This document shows positions 7,741 through 18,968 of a stretch of DNA of 64,000 nt, one piece after another. The stretch covers positions 128,001-192,000 of the IMG/VR virus record IMGVR_UViG_3300017700_000931, one strand, 5' to 3'. Source of the DNA: a virus. Lineage: Duplodnaviria; Caudoviricetes. Under the pieces are notes generated by a model. It worked only from the letters and a program-made list of their open reading frames with translations. It was not told the origin of the DNA and did no database searches. Both the position numbers and the translations under genes were made by a program. The number at the start of each line of letters is the position of its first letter. Within the stretch, counting starts at the first letter, position 1.

Positions 7741-10700
7741 TTACACGATATAGTCCTTAATCCTAGAATCTTTATTCACATTAAATCCATTTGCATTCAA
7801 TGATTGAACTACATCAGTTATGTATTTGTTCGTTGAATTTTCACTAGGTGGTGCATACGTATACATGAATTGTTCAATAGTCATAGGAACCTTCTTACCA
7901 GCAATATTTCTAACACTTTGTGGCACCCCATATTTATTTTGGAATACTGTATCATTACCATTAGTTTTTGTTGCCGGATATCCACCATTAGACCATTGTA
8001 TGATTTTTTTCTCAACCAAAGCTCTAGTTCCAGTTTCCACCGAACTAAATTTAGCAAATGTTGGGCTCGATGCGGTCTCTAACGTAACATTCGGGTCAAT
8101 ATCTTTAAAATTAGTACCTGCTAGGTTTCCGGGGTTGTTGTTTCTTCTAGGTCTTGCATTCACATCTTTACTACCAAAACCTTCTTTTTGTGCAATAATC
8201 ATGGCTAATTGATGAACCATAGTTCCTTTATTATAACCCAACCCAACCAAAACCTCTGGTAATGTAGATAAATGGCCTACTGAACCAGCATCCGTTGGTC
8301 TAGTTTGTATTGTTTCATTACATACCATGAAACCATTTGCTTCATCGTCAGCAATTCTATCAGGTAAGTTAAATTGTAAATGGAAATGGTGGTGGTGACC
8401 ATCAGATTCTCTAACAATACCATCACTTCTATATTTATCCCTATTTTTATACTCAGTTTTAAAATATTGTTGAAGCACTGGGTCATTGAACCAAATCGCT
8501 TTAAATGGTTTATTCTTTTTCCATGCCGGATTTTTCAACGCTTCGTCTAAAATTAATTCCAACAATTGTTTTGTTGCTTCCCTATCGTATTTAGGATTTA
8601 AAGGTGTTGATGAACCATTTTTTGGGACATAATTACCACCAGAATCTTGTTTGTATTCAGCATAAACTTCAGTACTAGAATTTTCTTTATCAGTCCTAAC
8701 TTGTCTAATATCCGCTTCCAATCCATTTCTATGACCACTAGCGTGTCCCGCTTGTCTACCACCACCTTCTTTTGAAAAGTCATTATAATACAACGTATCA
8801 CCATTGGCTTTATCTTTATTAATGGTATACCATTGTTCACCAATAGATTCTATAAACTTACCGATTTCTGGTAAAGTATAATTCACAATATTACCACTCG
8901 ATAATTTATCAGTACTTTGTACTTTAATACCAATACCATTACTAGCTACAGCATAAGCAATACAACCAGCATATCCGGGCGCATCTTTACCACCTTTACG
9001 TGATGTAGTATTTCCACCACCTCCAGTTGTATTCACACTATCAACTGAATTACTTGATGATACTTCACCCAAATCAACACCATCAAATTCAACTTCGGAT
9101 AATGAACCAATTAAATTCATAAACACCGTAGATTTTTTTATCATAGGTGTTTTAGTTGCTCTAACCCTAACACCTTTGAAATTTGTGCTCATATGGTTAG
9201 GTTTAATCGTGTGCTTAACATGAATAATAGTATAAGCTCCAGCAAACATCGGTACGTTATCCAATTGGAAGTACATGAATGGTTGAATTTGAGCATTCCC
9301 TAATGAATCAATTACAGCACTATAAGACCTAGTTCTCCATACATTAAATAAGTTTTGACCAGCAGCTGATGGGTTATTTGGGCCACCTTTAGATGCTATT
9401 TCATCAATAATTTGTAATGATTCATCGGTTTCTGTAAATTCTTGTTGGTCAAGTTTAAAGTTTTTAAACATACTTTGATTCGAATCACCATAAGCTACCC
9501 TGAATGCAGGTATAATTGTACTACCTGATGTAAAATCTTCCGGCATACCAATATAATCATCCGTTATTTGGAAACCATCATCTTTATGTTTACTTTCAGT
9601 ACCAAGATTCAAATTTTTAGACCTCTCACCAATGTACATACAAATAAATTGTGGACCACTTGCAGTACTTGAAACATTAAATGGTTCTGGTTTAAATGCA
9701 GCTTGTACAGCATCTTCACTATTATAATTTATAAATGTTGGTAGTGGAATAAAATCGAAATTATTATCCGCTAATGTTCTGGCTAAATAATCATACATAC
9801 CAATATTATAATCCTCAATCATTTCGATAACCATGGCTATTGGGTTCACTAAGAATGAATCTCCAATGTCATTATATGCTCTATCGATGAATCTAAATGT
9901 ATCAATTAAATTAGTGCATTCTTCATCGTCAGTGCTATCTGGTGCTGGTGTTCCGCACAGTTCTAATTCACACCTAGAACCTGGTATCCACTTATCATAA
10001 ATTGATTTAATATTCTTGTATAAATTTAACTTAATGTCGTCAGCATCAATAGAATTGAATAACTCACGTTTAATACTTGTTTCCTCATCATCTAGTGTTT
10101 GTTTATCTTCAGTAACCAATCTTTGGTATTCTTCTGAAAACGCCAAAACATAATTAAGTAATTTATCTTGACTAAATCTAAATGGATGTGACGGTGAATC
10201 AACTTCTTGACCATTTTCAGCATTAGCCGCCCAAAGCCTCCAACTAGAATTAGCAACAATTCTCGTATCCAAAAAGAAACTAAATAAATCATTTTGAACA
10301 TTATTATCAGCACTACTATCTCTCATTTCAACAAAAAAGTTGAATGGAGTTCCATATCTTGCTTCCTTAGCAATTAATTTTGCATTAGCCGCTTTCGTAG
10401 CTATTGGTGCAGCAGATGCTGCAACACTAAGATATTGTTTTATTACTTGAGCTGGATGTGAAGTTAAACCTTGTAATAATTGAACTTCTGACCATTTAAT
10501 ATCCGGCGCAATAACAATATAGTTATCTGGTAATGCTGGATTTAATGGACTAGATGCCTCAGTGAATAAATTATTTGCATCATTAACTAATCTCTCACCC
10601 ATGGTTAACCACGCATTTATTCTTTCATCCTCAGTAACATTTGGTTTAAAAATTTCTAATTTATTTGCTAATAATCTAAATTTAGATTCATTACCATTAA

Positions 10701-13700
10701 CACCTTCTGTCCAAGCAAGAAATTCATCAATGAATACTTTTGCGACTGAATCAGGTAATCTTGTTAATGTTCTTTCTAATGGAATATACTTACGTTTTCC
10801 TTCAAATATTAAATTAATTGGACCATTAATTGGGTCAAATAAATCATTCAATGCATCTCTATCTACAACAAATCCCATAATTTCATTTGTTGCAACATTC
10901 GGTAATAAATACTCAGCCTTTGTTGGTGGTATTTGTCCTTCAGCATTTGGTATTAAAGAATACCCAGAATCGCTCACCCATTTTAGTGGGTCAGTTGCAG
11001 AACGGTACCTCCAAAGTAATGCACCAACAAATAATATCCACGGATATGGTGTTTTAATAAATCCAGCCCTTTGTGTAAAGAATAATTGGATTGTTTTTGT
11101 GAATAAACCAGTACCTCTTGATGCTTGACCAGTTCCTGAATCCACTTCCTCATCTGGACCTGCAACCTCATCGAAAATACTAAATAAACCTTCCCATGAA
11201 TTACCATATAGACCCCACCAGCCATCAATATCATAAGATAGTCCATCAAATGGAATGGAGTGTAAAAATAAAAATGCTTTGGCCTTATCATCTAATTGTT
11301 GATAATATAAATCACTACCAAATATTGGGAAGATGTGAGTTGTATTTCTAGTAAGTGCATCTTCAGTACCAGTTGCACTAGATTGATTGTATAATTCAAA
11401 ACCTAAATAAGTACAAGCAACATTCCTAACACCATCACGATAATCACTTAAAACACGCTTAGTGCTACCCCAATATTCATCCTTTCTATGTTCTTCAAAT
11501 AAATTTCTTTGTTGACTAACACCAAATGCAACGCCATTCATATTTTGATAAACACCATTCACTTTTTTAATATCGTAAATACTAGGTTGTTCACTTAAAT
11601 CAGCATTAATACTTCTTGCGGCACCAAAGCAAGGTCTATCACTACTTGTGTTAGAATAAAATAATAATTCTACTGGCGCAACTTCACTATTACCAATATA
11701 TTTTCCTTCTGGCATTTTAGCATAGAAAAATTCGTGGGTTTTCCATGCACCACCAAACATACTACTGTATAATGAAAAATTAGTAATTAAATCCGAAATA
11801 TTCGTTAAATCAATTACATTATCTTTAACTGGAATAGTTTCCAATATTGCTTCAGAATAATCAGGAAATCTACCATTTGGTGGATTATAATCTTGGTTTT
11901 TAATGATTCTAACTGTCGTTGCACCATCATCCGGTTTAGCTTTACCAGCTGTTGTATTACCACCTAAATAACTACCAAAGAAAACATATCCATTATCTCT
12001 AAGTGCTATTCTATCGGAATTATTGGCATAATTTGCACTATCTAATGTAGCTGGTAATCCATCCTTGGTGATTAATTTATTACCTGTGAAAAATGTCTTA
12101 TCATTTTCAGCACTTGAAAGAGGTAAATACCAAACAACTTGTGAACCAAATATTGGTGAACTAACAATTGCATTATCATTAGCTGGTGATAATGCTGGAA
12201 TGTATTTGTAATCAACTAAGGTTGTTTGGCCATAAGTATTTTCTAATTCAGGACCAGTAAGACCAACTAAACCTAAAGGTAGACTAACCGCAATTATCGC
12301 AATATCAAATAAGATATTACTAACACTGGCTTGCTCAAAGGTATAACTACCAAATATTTTATTTTTATTGAAAAAACTAGCATTATTAATCCATTTATCA
12401 TAACCAGTACTAGTTGTTGTATAACCCGCTTTAGTTAGGATATCATTTGCCATAGAATTGGCATCACCGCCATAATTGTAAGCAATATTATGTCGTATTG
12501 CAACAGTATCAATATTATTAAAAGCATTATTTGCTTCTAATTTAGCGATTGCTTTAACCTCATCCAATGTGAAACCTTCAGTCTCACTTAATCCGGCGTG
12601 ATATGAATAACCTAAAGCTATTGTTGCTCTAAGTAACATATGTCTAATTATTTCATCAGGGTCATTTGAATTTTTAAATGCTGCCCATGGATTAACAAAT
12701 CCGGTCATAATTGTTGTATCAAACGGATTGATTGGGAACCAGAATTCTTCACCGTATTCTAACGCTTCTAATAATTCATTATCCTTTTTCTTAGCGTTTA
12801 TAAGACCTTCTAATAATTGTTCAATGAAATCTACCTCCGGCATGCTTGGAGCTTTGGTACCTATCCATTTATCTTCATATGCACCGAAACCACCACTACT
12901 TTTATCATAATTCTTTTCTTTGTAATCTGGGAATGGTAAAACTTCATTTATGTCACCAGTATCATCACTATCAGTTCCACCGTCTTTTAATTCATAAACC
13001 CTATCAGTCGTTAAATTTCTAAATTGACTTTTCCTTACCTTATCACTAATATTTTGTTGTACTTCTCCAGCAACTTCTTTTATACATTTCATGAAGATGT
13101 GTACGTGCTCAGTTAAAAGTCTAACCATATTTTTTATGGTTGGGCTGAATTTAATTGTAACCGGATTTCCATTTTCATCTAATGTTGTAACTTGAAAAAT
13201 AGTTTCTATTTTATCAACCAATTCATTGGATAATAATTCTTTTGTTTTTTTTGAGTAATTAGTCAATCTAACACCAACATCATTCAATTCATCTAAAGCA
13301 TATCTCAAATCAATATAACCTAATTCAGTGCTATCAGCAATTTTACTACCCAATAATTCAATATCGAATCTAAAATCTTCATAATATTCTGCACTTTTTT
13401 CTGATATAGAACGAACTGTTCTAAGTTGGTAAATAACTGGATTGCCGAATGAATCTTCAGTGGTAAATGTTTTACCATTATTACTAATATATTGACCAAT
13501 TTCAATTGCTGAAGTAAAATCAATTCTTCTAATTTCATAATCACTGTTTTTACCAGCTTCTATTCTATATGAATCAGAATTGACCGAAAATTCAGGATAT
13601 TCTGTGTTGAATGCTATTACCTTATCAACAAATAATTTGTTGAAATCTTGCGTGATAGCACGAGTAATATTATCTAAATTTATTTTATTAGTAGGTTTTC

Positions 13701-14610
13701 TAAACATCACAAATCCACCTTTATAAAGTAGATTCATCGATTCATTAGTGGTTACATCTCTTTCATTACCGATGTTTCTCAAGAATTTTCTAATATCTTC
13801 TTTAAGTGCATCAACTTTAATGATTCCGGCTTCTGATTTTGCTAATTGTTGAATTCTTTCATCACTGTGTTTCAACTTTTCAATTTCAGTATTCAATGTT
13901 TTAATCTTTTCGTTAAATTCATTCATACCAAAAAAAGCTTGCGGTGGGTCATAACTAGCAAATTTTACCTTAGCAGCAGCAATTTTATCCCTAGCGATAT
14001 CTGTTTCAGCAATACCTCTAAGATAACCCATCAACATATCAGCTAAGAACGCATAAGTATACCCGATGAAATCACATTGAATTTCAAAATTACCAGTAGT
14101 ATCATTTAATTTACCACTAAATTTGGTTAAATGTAAACAATATTTAACTGCTTTACCATAATAGCCTTTAATTGTTAATTCAAATATTGGGTACGGCATA
14201 TTAAAAAATACACTATAAGGTGATTCATTACCCATTTCAAATAACTTACCTCTAATATCAGTAAAATCAATTGTAACCATGGGTGCGTATGAGGTGTTAA
14301 AATCAATATCAATTGATGTAATACCTAGTGTTTCTAAATCAGGATTTGCTTGATTAAATTTAGTGTTTATTTCAGTATAATGTGTGGTAAGTTCATTCCT
14401 ACCATCACCATCAGTATCCGTTCCTTTAAGAAATTTAATTGGTATTTTAGTACCACCCTTTTGAAAACCAGTAACTTTTTCTGAATCATCACGATTAATT
14501 GCTGACCTATCTTTTTTTGTTGTAACTAATTCAACAAAAATACTTAAATCTTCGTGATTTATTACATCTTGACCCTTTGGATTTGGGTCAACGAGTTTCA
14601 TTCTACCCAT
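7741..14610 (-). CDS. Giant baseplate hub / tail-associated lysin (gp27/gpD-like hub plus MepA-like peptidase and lysozyme-like C-terminal domains)
   Basis: gpD-like LGNAQIQPFMYFQL..GAYTIIHVKHTI; LAS peptidase HRNGLEAD (H-x6-D) and HHFH; C-terminal NNNPGNL...YAPPSEN; tail-module position. Confidence 0.8.
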   Translation of the reverse strand: MGRMKLVDPNPKGQDVINHEDLSIFVELVTTKKDRSAINRDDSEKVTGFQKGGTKIPIKFLKGTDTDGDGRNELTTHYTEINTKFNQANPDLETLGITSIDIDFNTSYAPMVTIDFTDIRGKLFEMGNESPYSVFFNMPYPIFELTIKGYYGKAVKYCLHLTKFSGKLNDTTGNFEIQCDFIGYTYAFLADMLMGYLRGIAETDIARDKIAAAKVKFASYDPPQAFFGMNEFNEKIKTLNTEIEKLKHSDERIQQLAKSEAGIIKVDALKEDIRKFLRNIGNERDVTTNESMNLLYKGGFVMFRKPTNKINLDNITRAITQDFNKLFVDKVIAFNTEYPEFSVNSDSYRIEAGKNSDYEIRRIDFTSAIEIGQYISNNGKTFTTEDSFGNPVIYQLRTVRSISEKSAEYYEDFRFDIELLGSKIADSTELGYIDLRYALDELNDVGVRLTNYSKKTKELLSNELVDKIETIFQVTTLDENGNPVTIKFSPTIKNMVRLLTEHVHIFMKCIKEVAGEVQQNISDKVRKSQFRNLTTDRVYELKDGGTDSDDTGDINEVLPFPDYKEKNYDKSSGGFGAYEDKWIGTKAPSMPEVDFIEQLLEGLINAKKKDNELLEALEYGEEFWFPINPFDTTIMTGFVNPWAAFKNSNDPDEIIRHMLLRATIALGYSYHAGLSETEGFTLDEVKAIAKLEANNAFNNIDTVAIRHNIAYNYGGDANSMANDILTKAGYTTTSTGYDKWINNASFFNKNKIFGSYTFEQASVSNILFDIAIIAVSLPLGLVGLTGPELENTYGQTTLVDYKYIPALSPANDNAIVSSPIFGSQVVWYLPLSSAENDKTFFTGNKLITKDGLPATLDSANYANNSDRIALRDNGYVFFGSYLGGNTTAGKAKPDDGATTVRIIKNQDYNPPNGRFPDYSEAILETIPVKDNVIDLTNISDLITNFSLYSSMFGGAWKTHEFFYAKMPEGKYIGNSEVAPVELLFYSNTSSDRPCFGAARSINADLSEQPSIYDIKKVNGVYQNMNGVAFGVSQQRNLFEEHRKDEYWGSTKRVLSDYRDGVRNVACTYLGFELYNQSSATGTEDALTRNTTHIFPIFGSDLYYQQLDDKAKAFLFLHSIPFDGLSYDIDGWWGLYGNSWEGLFSIFDEVAGPDEEVDSGTGQASRGTGLFTKTIQLFFTQRAGFIKTPYPWILFVGALLWRYRSATDPLKWVSDSGYSLIPNAEGQIPPTKAEYLLPNVATNEIMGFVVDRDALNDLFDPINGPINLIFEGKRKYIPLERTLTRLPDSVAKVFIDEFLAWTEGVNGNESKFRLLANKLEIFKPNVTEDERINAWLTMGERLVNDANNLFTEASSPLNPALPDNYIVIAPDIKWSEVQLLQGLTSHPAQVIKQYLSVAASAAPIATKAANAKLIAKEARYGTPFNFFVEMRDSSADNNVQNDLFSFFLDTRIVANSSWRLWAANAENGQEVDSPSHPFRFSQDKLLNYVLAFSEEYQRLVTEDKQTLDDEETSIKRELFNSIDADDIKLNLYKNIKSIYDKWIPGSRCELELCGTPAPDSTDDEECTNLIDTFRFIDRAYNDIGDSFLVNPIAMVIEMIEDYNIGMYDYLARTLADNNFDFIPLPTFINYNSEDAVQAAFKPEPFNVSSTASGPQFICMYIGERSKNLNLGTESKHKDDGFQITDDYIGMPEDFTSGSTIIPAFRVAYGDSNQSMFKNFKLDQQEFTETDESLQIIDEIASKGGPNNPSAAGQNLFNVWRTRSYSAVIDSLGNAQIQPFMYFQLDNVPMFAGAYTIIHVKHTIKPNHMSTNFKGVRVRATKTPMIKKSTVFMNLIGSLSEVEFDGVDLGEVSSSNSVDSVNTTGGGGNTTSRKGGKDAPGYAGCIAYAVASNGIGIKVQSTDKLSSGNIVNYTLPEIGKFIESIGEQWYTINKDKANGDTLYYNDFSKEGGGRQAGHASGHRNGLEADIRQVRTDKENSSTEVYAEYKQDSGGNYVPKNGSSTPLNPKYDREATKQLLELILDEALKNPAWKKNKPFKAIWFNDPVLQQYFKTEYKNRDKYRSDGIVRESDGHHHHFHLQFNLPDRIADDEANGFMVCNETIQTRPTDAGSVGHLSTLPEVLVGLGYNKGTMVHQLAMIIAQKEGFGSKDVNARPRRNNNPGNLAGTNFKDIDPNVTLETASSPTFAKFSSVETGTRALVEKKIIQWSNGGYPATKTNGNDTVFQNKYGVPQSVRNIAGKKVPMTIEQFMYTYAPPSENSTNKYITDVVQSLNANGFNVNKDSRIKDYIV

Positions 14611-14625
14611 AATATTTTTTTATAA

Positions 14626-14946
14626 CTATTCTCCGTAGAGTAATATATGTCTTTCAACTTCTTTATTATACCTATCAATCGCATCTTTAAATGGAAATGG
14701 TATCCTTATAACTTCACCGTTTGGAATCTCCCATTCCAAACCACCAAATTTTGGATTCGCTACCATTATTAACCAACCATGATATGGGTTACCATAATAC
14801 TCTTGTGACAATTTGTCAAGTCTTGTGTGACCTAATTTATAAACAACTGATTTATCTTCACCACTTGTGTTAATTATGATACCCGGTATCGGTCTGATAC
14901 TCCCATTCTCTTTAAACCTTTGATATCTATCGTAATATTCAGCCAT
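14626..14946 (-). CDS. LysM-like baseplate wedge protein (T4 gp53 / P2 gpX-like)
   Basis: TRLDKLSQEYYGNPYHGWLIMVANP...IPNGEVIRIP. Confidence 0.8.
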   Translation of the reverse strand: MAEYYDRYQRFKENGSIRPIPGIIINTSGEDKSVVYKLGHTRLDKLSQEYYGNPYHGWLIMVANPKFGGLEWEIPNGEVIRIPFPFKDAIDRYNKEVERHILLYGE

Positions 14947-14960
14947 TATTATTTAATTTT

Positions 14961-17900
14961 TTAAACATTTAATTTTGGTGCACTATCACCCCATCGTTCC
15001 CATCCGGTATTAATTATTTCAATATTTGTTTTACACATTGGTGTTCCACCAACATAAATTGATAAATGATATTTACCTTCGGTTAATCCTACAACACCTT
15101 GTCCATTAACTAATCCTTCCTGACCAATTGTTATCCCACCATTTATTAATGAAAATTGTCTCAGTTTCGTATCTGCAACAACAAGTTCTTCATAATGGAA
15201 TGGTGTTGTTATACCATCAAGTGATATTTTTACACCAGCATTAAAATATGCATTAACTTCATCATCACTTGGGATGAATTGACCATCAGAATCAAGGAAA
15301 TTAACACTTGCTGCTTCAATTAATACAGTCCAAGATTGTTTATCCTTATTAGCATGTGGCCTAGTCAATACATGTTTGAAACCTGTAATTGTTAATTCTT
15401 GTGTATTAGAACCTTCTTCATCAGTTTGAACAGATGAAGTTTCAATTTCTGACCTCACCTCTTGATTAACTTCATCTTGAGGTAAATTACTAATTCCAGA
15501 TGATAAACCATAAATATTATTAAATCCTTCAGGTGGATTATCAAAATTATTTGGGTTAGCACCATTTACTAAAACGTAGTCTCTAGGATTACCATTCGCA
15601 TCAACATCAGTAGGTCCAGCTTTTTTGATATGGTCAGCTCTTTCATCGTAAATTTCAGTATTCGCAAAGAAATTAAATGATACAGCGTTTTGTAATCTAT
15701 TTATTGGTCCTTGTAAACTAGAACCACCAATAAATTTGAATGACATATCAACAGTACATATCATTGGTTGAACACCAACACCTTCTGGATTTAAATCCCA
15801 AACTAATGGGTCAAAAGAAAATGATATGTTATCAATAATAATTTTACTATGGTAGAAATCACCCACACGTAAAATACATACTGGTGGTGTTCCAAAAGCT
15901 AAATTAGTTGGTACACCTTCCCTGATTGTTGGTCCTTGTCTTGTACATTGTTGAAGGAAATTTAATCTAGAGTTAAATCCTTCTGGTGTAATAGAATGGA
16001 ATGCTGGGTGAAAATATTTCACTTTCTCTTTTATTGAAGAATAAATAAATTTATCCTCTTGTTCAATCTTTTGAAAATAACTACATTCATTAAAATATCT
16101 TTTTCTGATATCTAATGATAAATCAGCAACAGGTTGTTGAACAATTGGTGGTGCCGCAGCAGCTAATTTTTCATCTAATATTGGGTCGTAAGTAAATGAT
16201 ACTTGTGTGAATCTAGATTGTTTTTTACAAATAGTATCAACCTCACCAATAACACTACCATCAGGATTTATAACTTTAGCCGGACAACCAGTATTACCTT
16301 CACCACGAATAAATTCAAATCTACTATCAACAATAGGGTCACCAGCCAATTTCAAAAGTGTTCTTAACGTATTAGCAACATGTTCGGCTCTATCATTTGA
16401 TAATCTTTGATTCGCATCAGCAGCTTCAGTTTGACCATCTTGACTAGCCCAACCACTTAAACTAACTCTACATGCTGGACATTTTTTGATTAAATATTCA
16501 ACTAGTGTTGGGAGATATGCGTTACCTTGCCACCCATCAAATGTTTGACCATCTAAAATTATTTTTTGACCTTGTGGACAATTACCACTAAGACAACTAT
16601 TCAAACCAAAATCTGTATTATCAGGATATGGATGAATACTACCATTAATGGCTGTTGTAATATAACCTTCATCAGCCATAATAGAGCCCACACCAACACC
16701 GTCACCATTTTCATAGTTAGTAGGAACAGATGTTACATCATTAGGGAAATAAACCTTAAATGGGTCTGGTGGAATTTGTGGTTGTACTTCAACTTCTGGA
16801 ACTTTAATTGCAGTAGATACCTCAATAACATCCTTTTCGACTTGAGTCATCTTACTACCAACAATAGAATCTAAATCCATACAACCAGCAGCTATACTAG
16901 CAAATACTTCATCACTAGCACCTGCATCTCTCAAATCATTAATGTATGTTGCATGGTCAATAATCATTTGCCATTGTAATGTTCCGGTTCTCTCTGTATT
17001 ATTGTAAGTATACATAGGTTCTCCTCTACCAATGAAATTAGTTGTATCCCAATTCACACTAGAATTATCAGTGAAATTCATACCATATGGTGGAAACCAC
17101 ATAATCCTACCACGAGTACCAGTCATTGGGTCGCCCGGACCTTTTTCACAATTAGGTAAAAATGGTTGAAATCCATTCCATGCTAAGTTTTCGATTGAAA
17201 ACATGAAACGTTTTATTTTTGTTTCTTTGAAATCATCCGCAAAATCACCATCACCAACAATTGGTGCTATTCTAACAAATCCGTTATCATCTAATACAGA
17301 ATTGTGAATATTATTCCTTATTGTTGAGCCAGCATTACTATGTAATCCAGAATTTTTTTGTAAATCAAGTACTTGACTATATCTATCAAATGTTGTCCAC
17401 GTTCTACAGAAAATATCTTCACTAGTTAAATTTTCTGCACTAGCATTTGGTTGTAAGGCTGTTTGGGTAAGCACACCACTACCTTTTGAAATATGATTGA
17501 AATAAACTGAATTTTGAATTTCACTTTTAACTTGACCACCAACAGCTCTACCAGAGGTTAGTGTTCTCATTTTGTTGGTTTTAAATAATTGTTGTGTTTT
17601 ATACAATAAACTTTTTGGTTCAGTGAATTTATCAGTAGGGAATATTCTTTTACCAGGTTTGTTGTTATTATTATCACCCCAAATATATTTGTTTACAAAA
17701 CTTCCATCTTCCCCGTATTCAAACACATTGTCATTAGGTCCAATACCAAAATCATTTGCAAATGACCCATCAATTTCTGATGTTATCTTACCATAAGTGT
17801 TTTCAAATTGAGTTTCATTAATAGCGTTTACTGCATCAATAGTGAAAGCCGGATTAGGAATGCCATTTATAAATGGCTCATTAGCACTATTCACAACTGG

Positions 17901-18968
17901 TGGGGCCGTATTCAATAAATCTAGGATTCTACCTCTTTCAGCTGATTCAAAAGCATATAATTGACCATTAGTTCCTGTATCACCCTTAACTACGCTAAGT
18001 TTTTTTCTACTATCATCAATCGTTGGTTTATATTTGTTCTGATTAAGATTATTAATCATAGCAAGCACTTGACCAACACCAGTGTTAGCCACCATAGAAT
18101 TAACTCGACTGATATTATCAATCGGGTTTTCTGATGAGAAAATTGATGATGATTGGTCTAACAAACTCACTGGTGCTTGAAAACCTAAAACCTTAGCACC
18201 AAAGTCTATTACGTTACTTAGTTGTCCCTTCGTTACTGTAATACTGTAGTTCGGAACATAAATATTATTACCTTGTAGAAGACTAAGTGGATTCAAATTT
18301 ATACTTCCAAGAGTTTCTTGAATTAAACCAAAGGCCGCATTATAACCAAAATGTTTTACTAATTGAGCATCAGCAATACTACCTAATTGAGAATCATTTC
18401 CAACAACACCAAGTTGTTGTGATACACCACCTAGGTTTACTGCATTCAACACAGTATCAAGGGTTCTTTGAGCTAAAGATTCTTTGAAATTATATACTCC
18501 ACCAGCAGTCGTAGACACCGATACAGTATTCAAATTTACCTTGTATAATAAATCCGCATCGAAATATTTGTTTTTCAACATTTGTTTTCTAGCGTCATCA
18601 GAATCAACATTAAATGGTGATGTAGGATTTTCCGAACCAATATTTTGTTGATAACTTAGTGGTTGTGTGCCCACTGGAAGGTTACCAATATTAATAATTG
18701 TATTTGTATTAATATCAATAACTTCATTACCATCCATTGATTTATATGGATTGGATAGAAGGTTTAAATCCCTATAAAATTGACCGTTAGTTACAATATT
18801 TTGAGATGCCTGAACAGCAACCGGAAGAGTTTCAATCTGTGCTTGTTGTCCAAGACCTACAGCCAATGAAGCTAAACCACTATTAGTTATTGAATCTGAT
18901 AAAATCAGATTCTTATTCAATAACCAATCTCTTAAATTTGGTGAAATATCGTTTATTCCATTTGGCAT
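14961..18968 (-). CDS. Baseplate / tube-initiator protein with an inserted OmpA-like domain
   Basis: Tube-fold segments RIMWFPPYG..WDTTNFIGRGEPMYTYNNTER and PPVCILRVGDFYHSKIII; OmpA-like VSLSGWAS..NQRLSNDRA. Confidence 0.7.
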   Translation of the reverse strand: MPNGINDISPNLRDWLLNKNLILSDSITNSGLASLAVGLGQQAQIETLPVAVQASQNIVTNGQFYRDLNLLSNPYKSMDGNEVIDINTNTIINIGNLPVGTQPLSYQQNIGSENPTSPFNVDSDDARKQMLKNKYFDADLLYKVNLNTVSVSTTAGGVYNFKESLAQRTLDTVLNAVNLGGVSQQLGVVGNDSQLGSIADAQLVKHFGYNAAFGLIQETLGSINLNPLSLLQGNNIYVPNYSITVTKGQLSNVIDFGAKVLGFQAPVSLLDQSSSIFSSENPIDNISRVNSMVANTGVGQVLAMINNLNQNKYKPTIDDSRKKLSVVKGDTGTNGQLYAFESAERGRILDLLNTAPPVVNSANEPFINGIPNPAFTIDAVNAINETQFENTYGKITSEIDGSFANDFGIGPNDNVFEYGEDGSFVNKYIWGDNNNNKPGKRIFPTDKFTEPKSLLYKTQQLFKTNKMRTLTSGRAVGGQVKSEIQNSVYFNHISKGSGVLTQTALQPNASAENLTSEDIFCRTWTTFDRYSQVLDLQKNSGLHSNAGSTIRNNIHNSVLDDNGFVRIAPIVGDGDFADDFKETKIKRFMFSIENLAWNGFQPFLPNCEKGPGDPMTGTRGRIMWFPPYGMNFTDNSSVNWDTTNFIGRGEPMYTYNNTERTGTLQWQMIIDHATYINDLRDAGASDEVFASIAAGCMDLDSIVGSKMTQVEKDVIEVSTAIKVPEVEVQPQIPPDPFKVYFPNDVTSVPTNYENGDGVGVGSIMADEGYITTAINGSIHPYPDNTDFGLNSCLSGNCPQGQKIILDGQTFDGWQGNAYLPTLVEYLIKKCPACRVSLSGWASQDGQTEAADANQRLSNDRAEHVANTLRTLLKLAGDPIVDSRFEFIRGEGNTGCPAKVINPDGSVIGEVDTICKKQSRFTQVSFTYDPILDEKLAAAAPPIVQQPVADLSLDIRKRYFNECSYFQKIEQEDKFIYSSIKEKVKYFHPAFHSITPEGFNSRLNFLQQCTRQGPTIREGVPTNLAFGTPPVCILRVGDFYHSKIIIDNISFSFDPLVWDLNPEGVGVQPMICTVDMSFKFIGGSSLQGPINRLQNAVSFNFFANTEIYDERADHIKKAGPTDVDANGNPRDYVLVNGANPNNFDNPPEGFNNIYGLSSGISNLPQDEVNQEVRSEIETSSVQTDEEGSNTQELTITGFKHVLTRPHANKDKQSWTVLIEAASVNFLDSDGQFIPSDDEVNAYFNAGVKISLDGITTPFHYEELVVADTKLRQFSLINGGITIGQEGLVNGQGVVGLTEGKYHLSIYVGGTPMCKTNIEIINTGWERWGDSAPKLNV

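Noticed and set aside
8371-8400. His run HHHHFH as a tag or cloning artefact
   Set aside because: It supplies the HxH motif expected for the adjacent MepA-like H-x6-D zinc site
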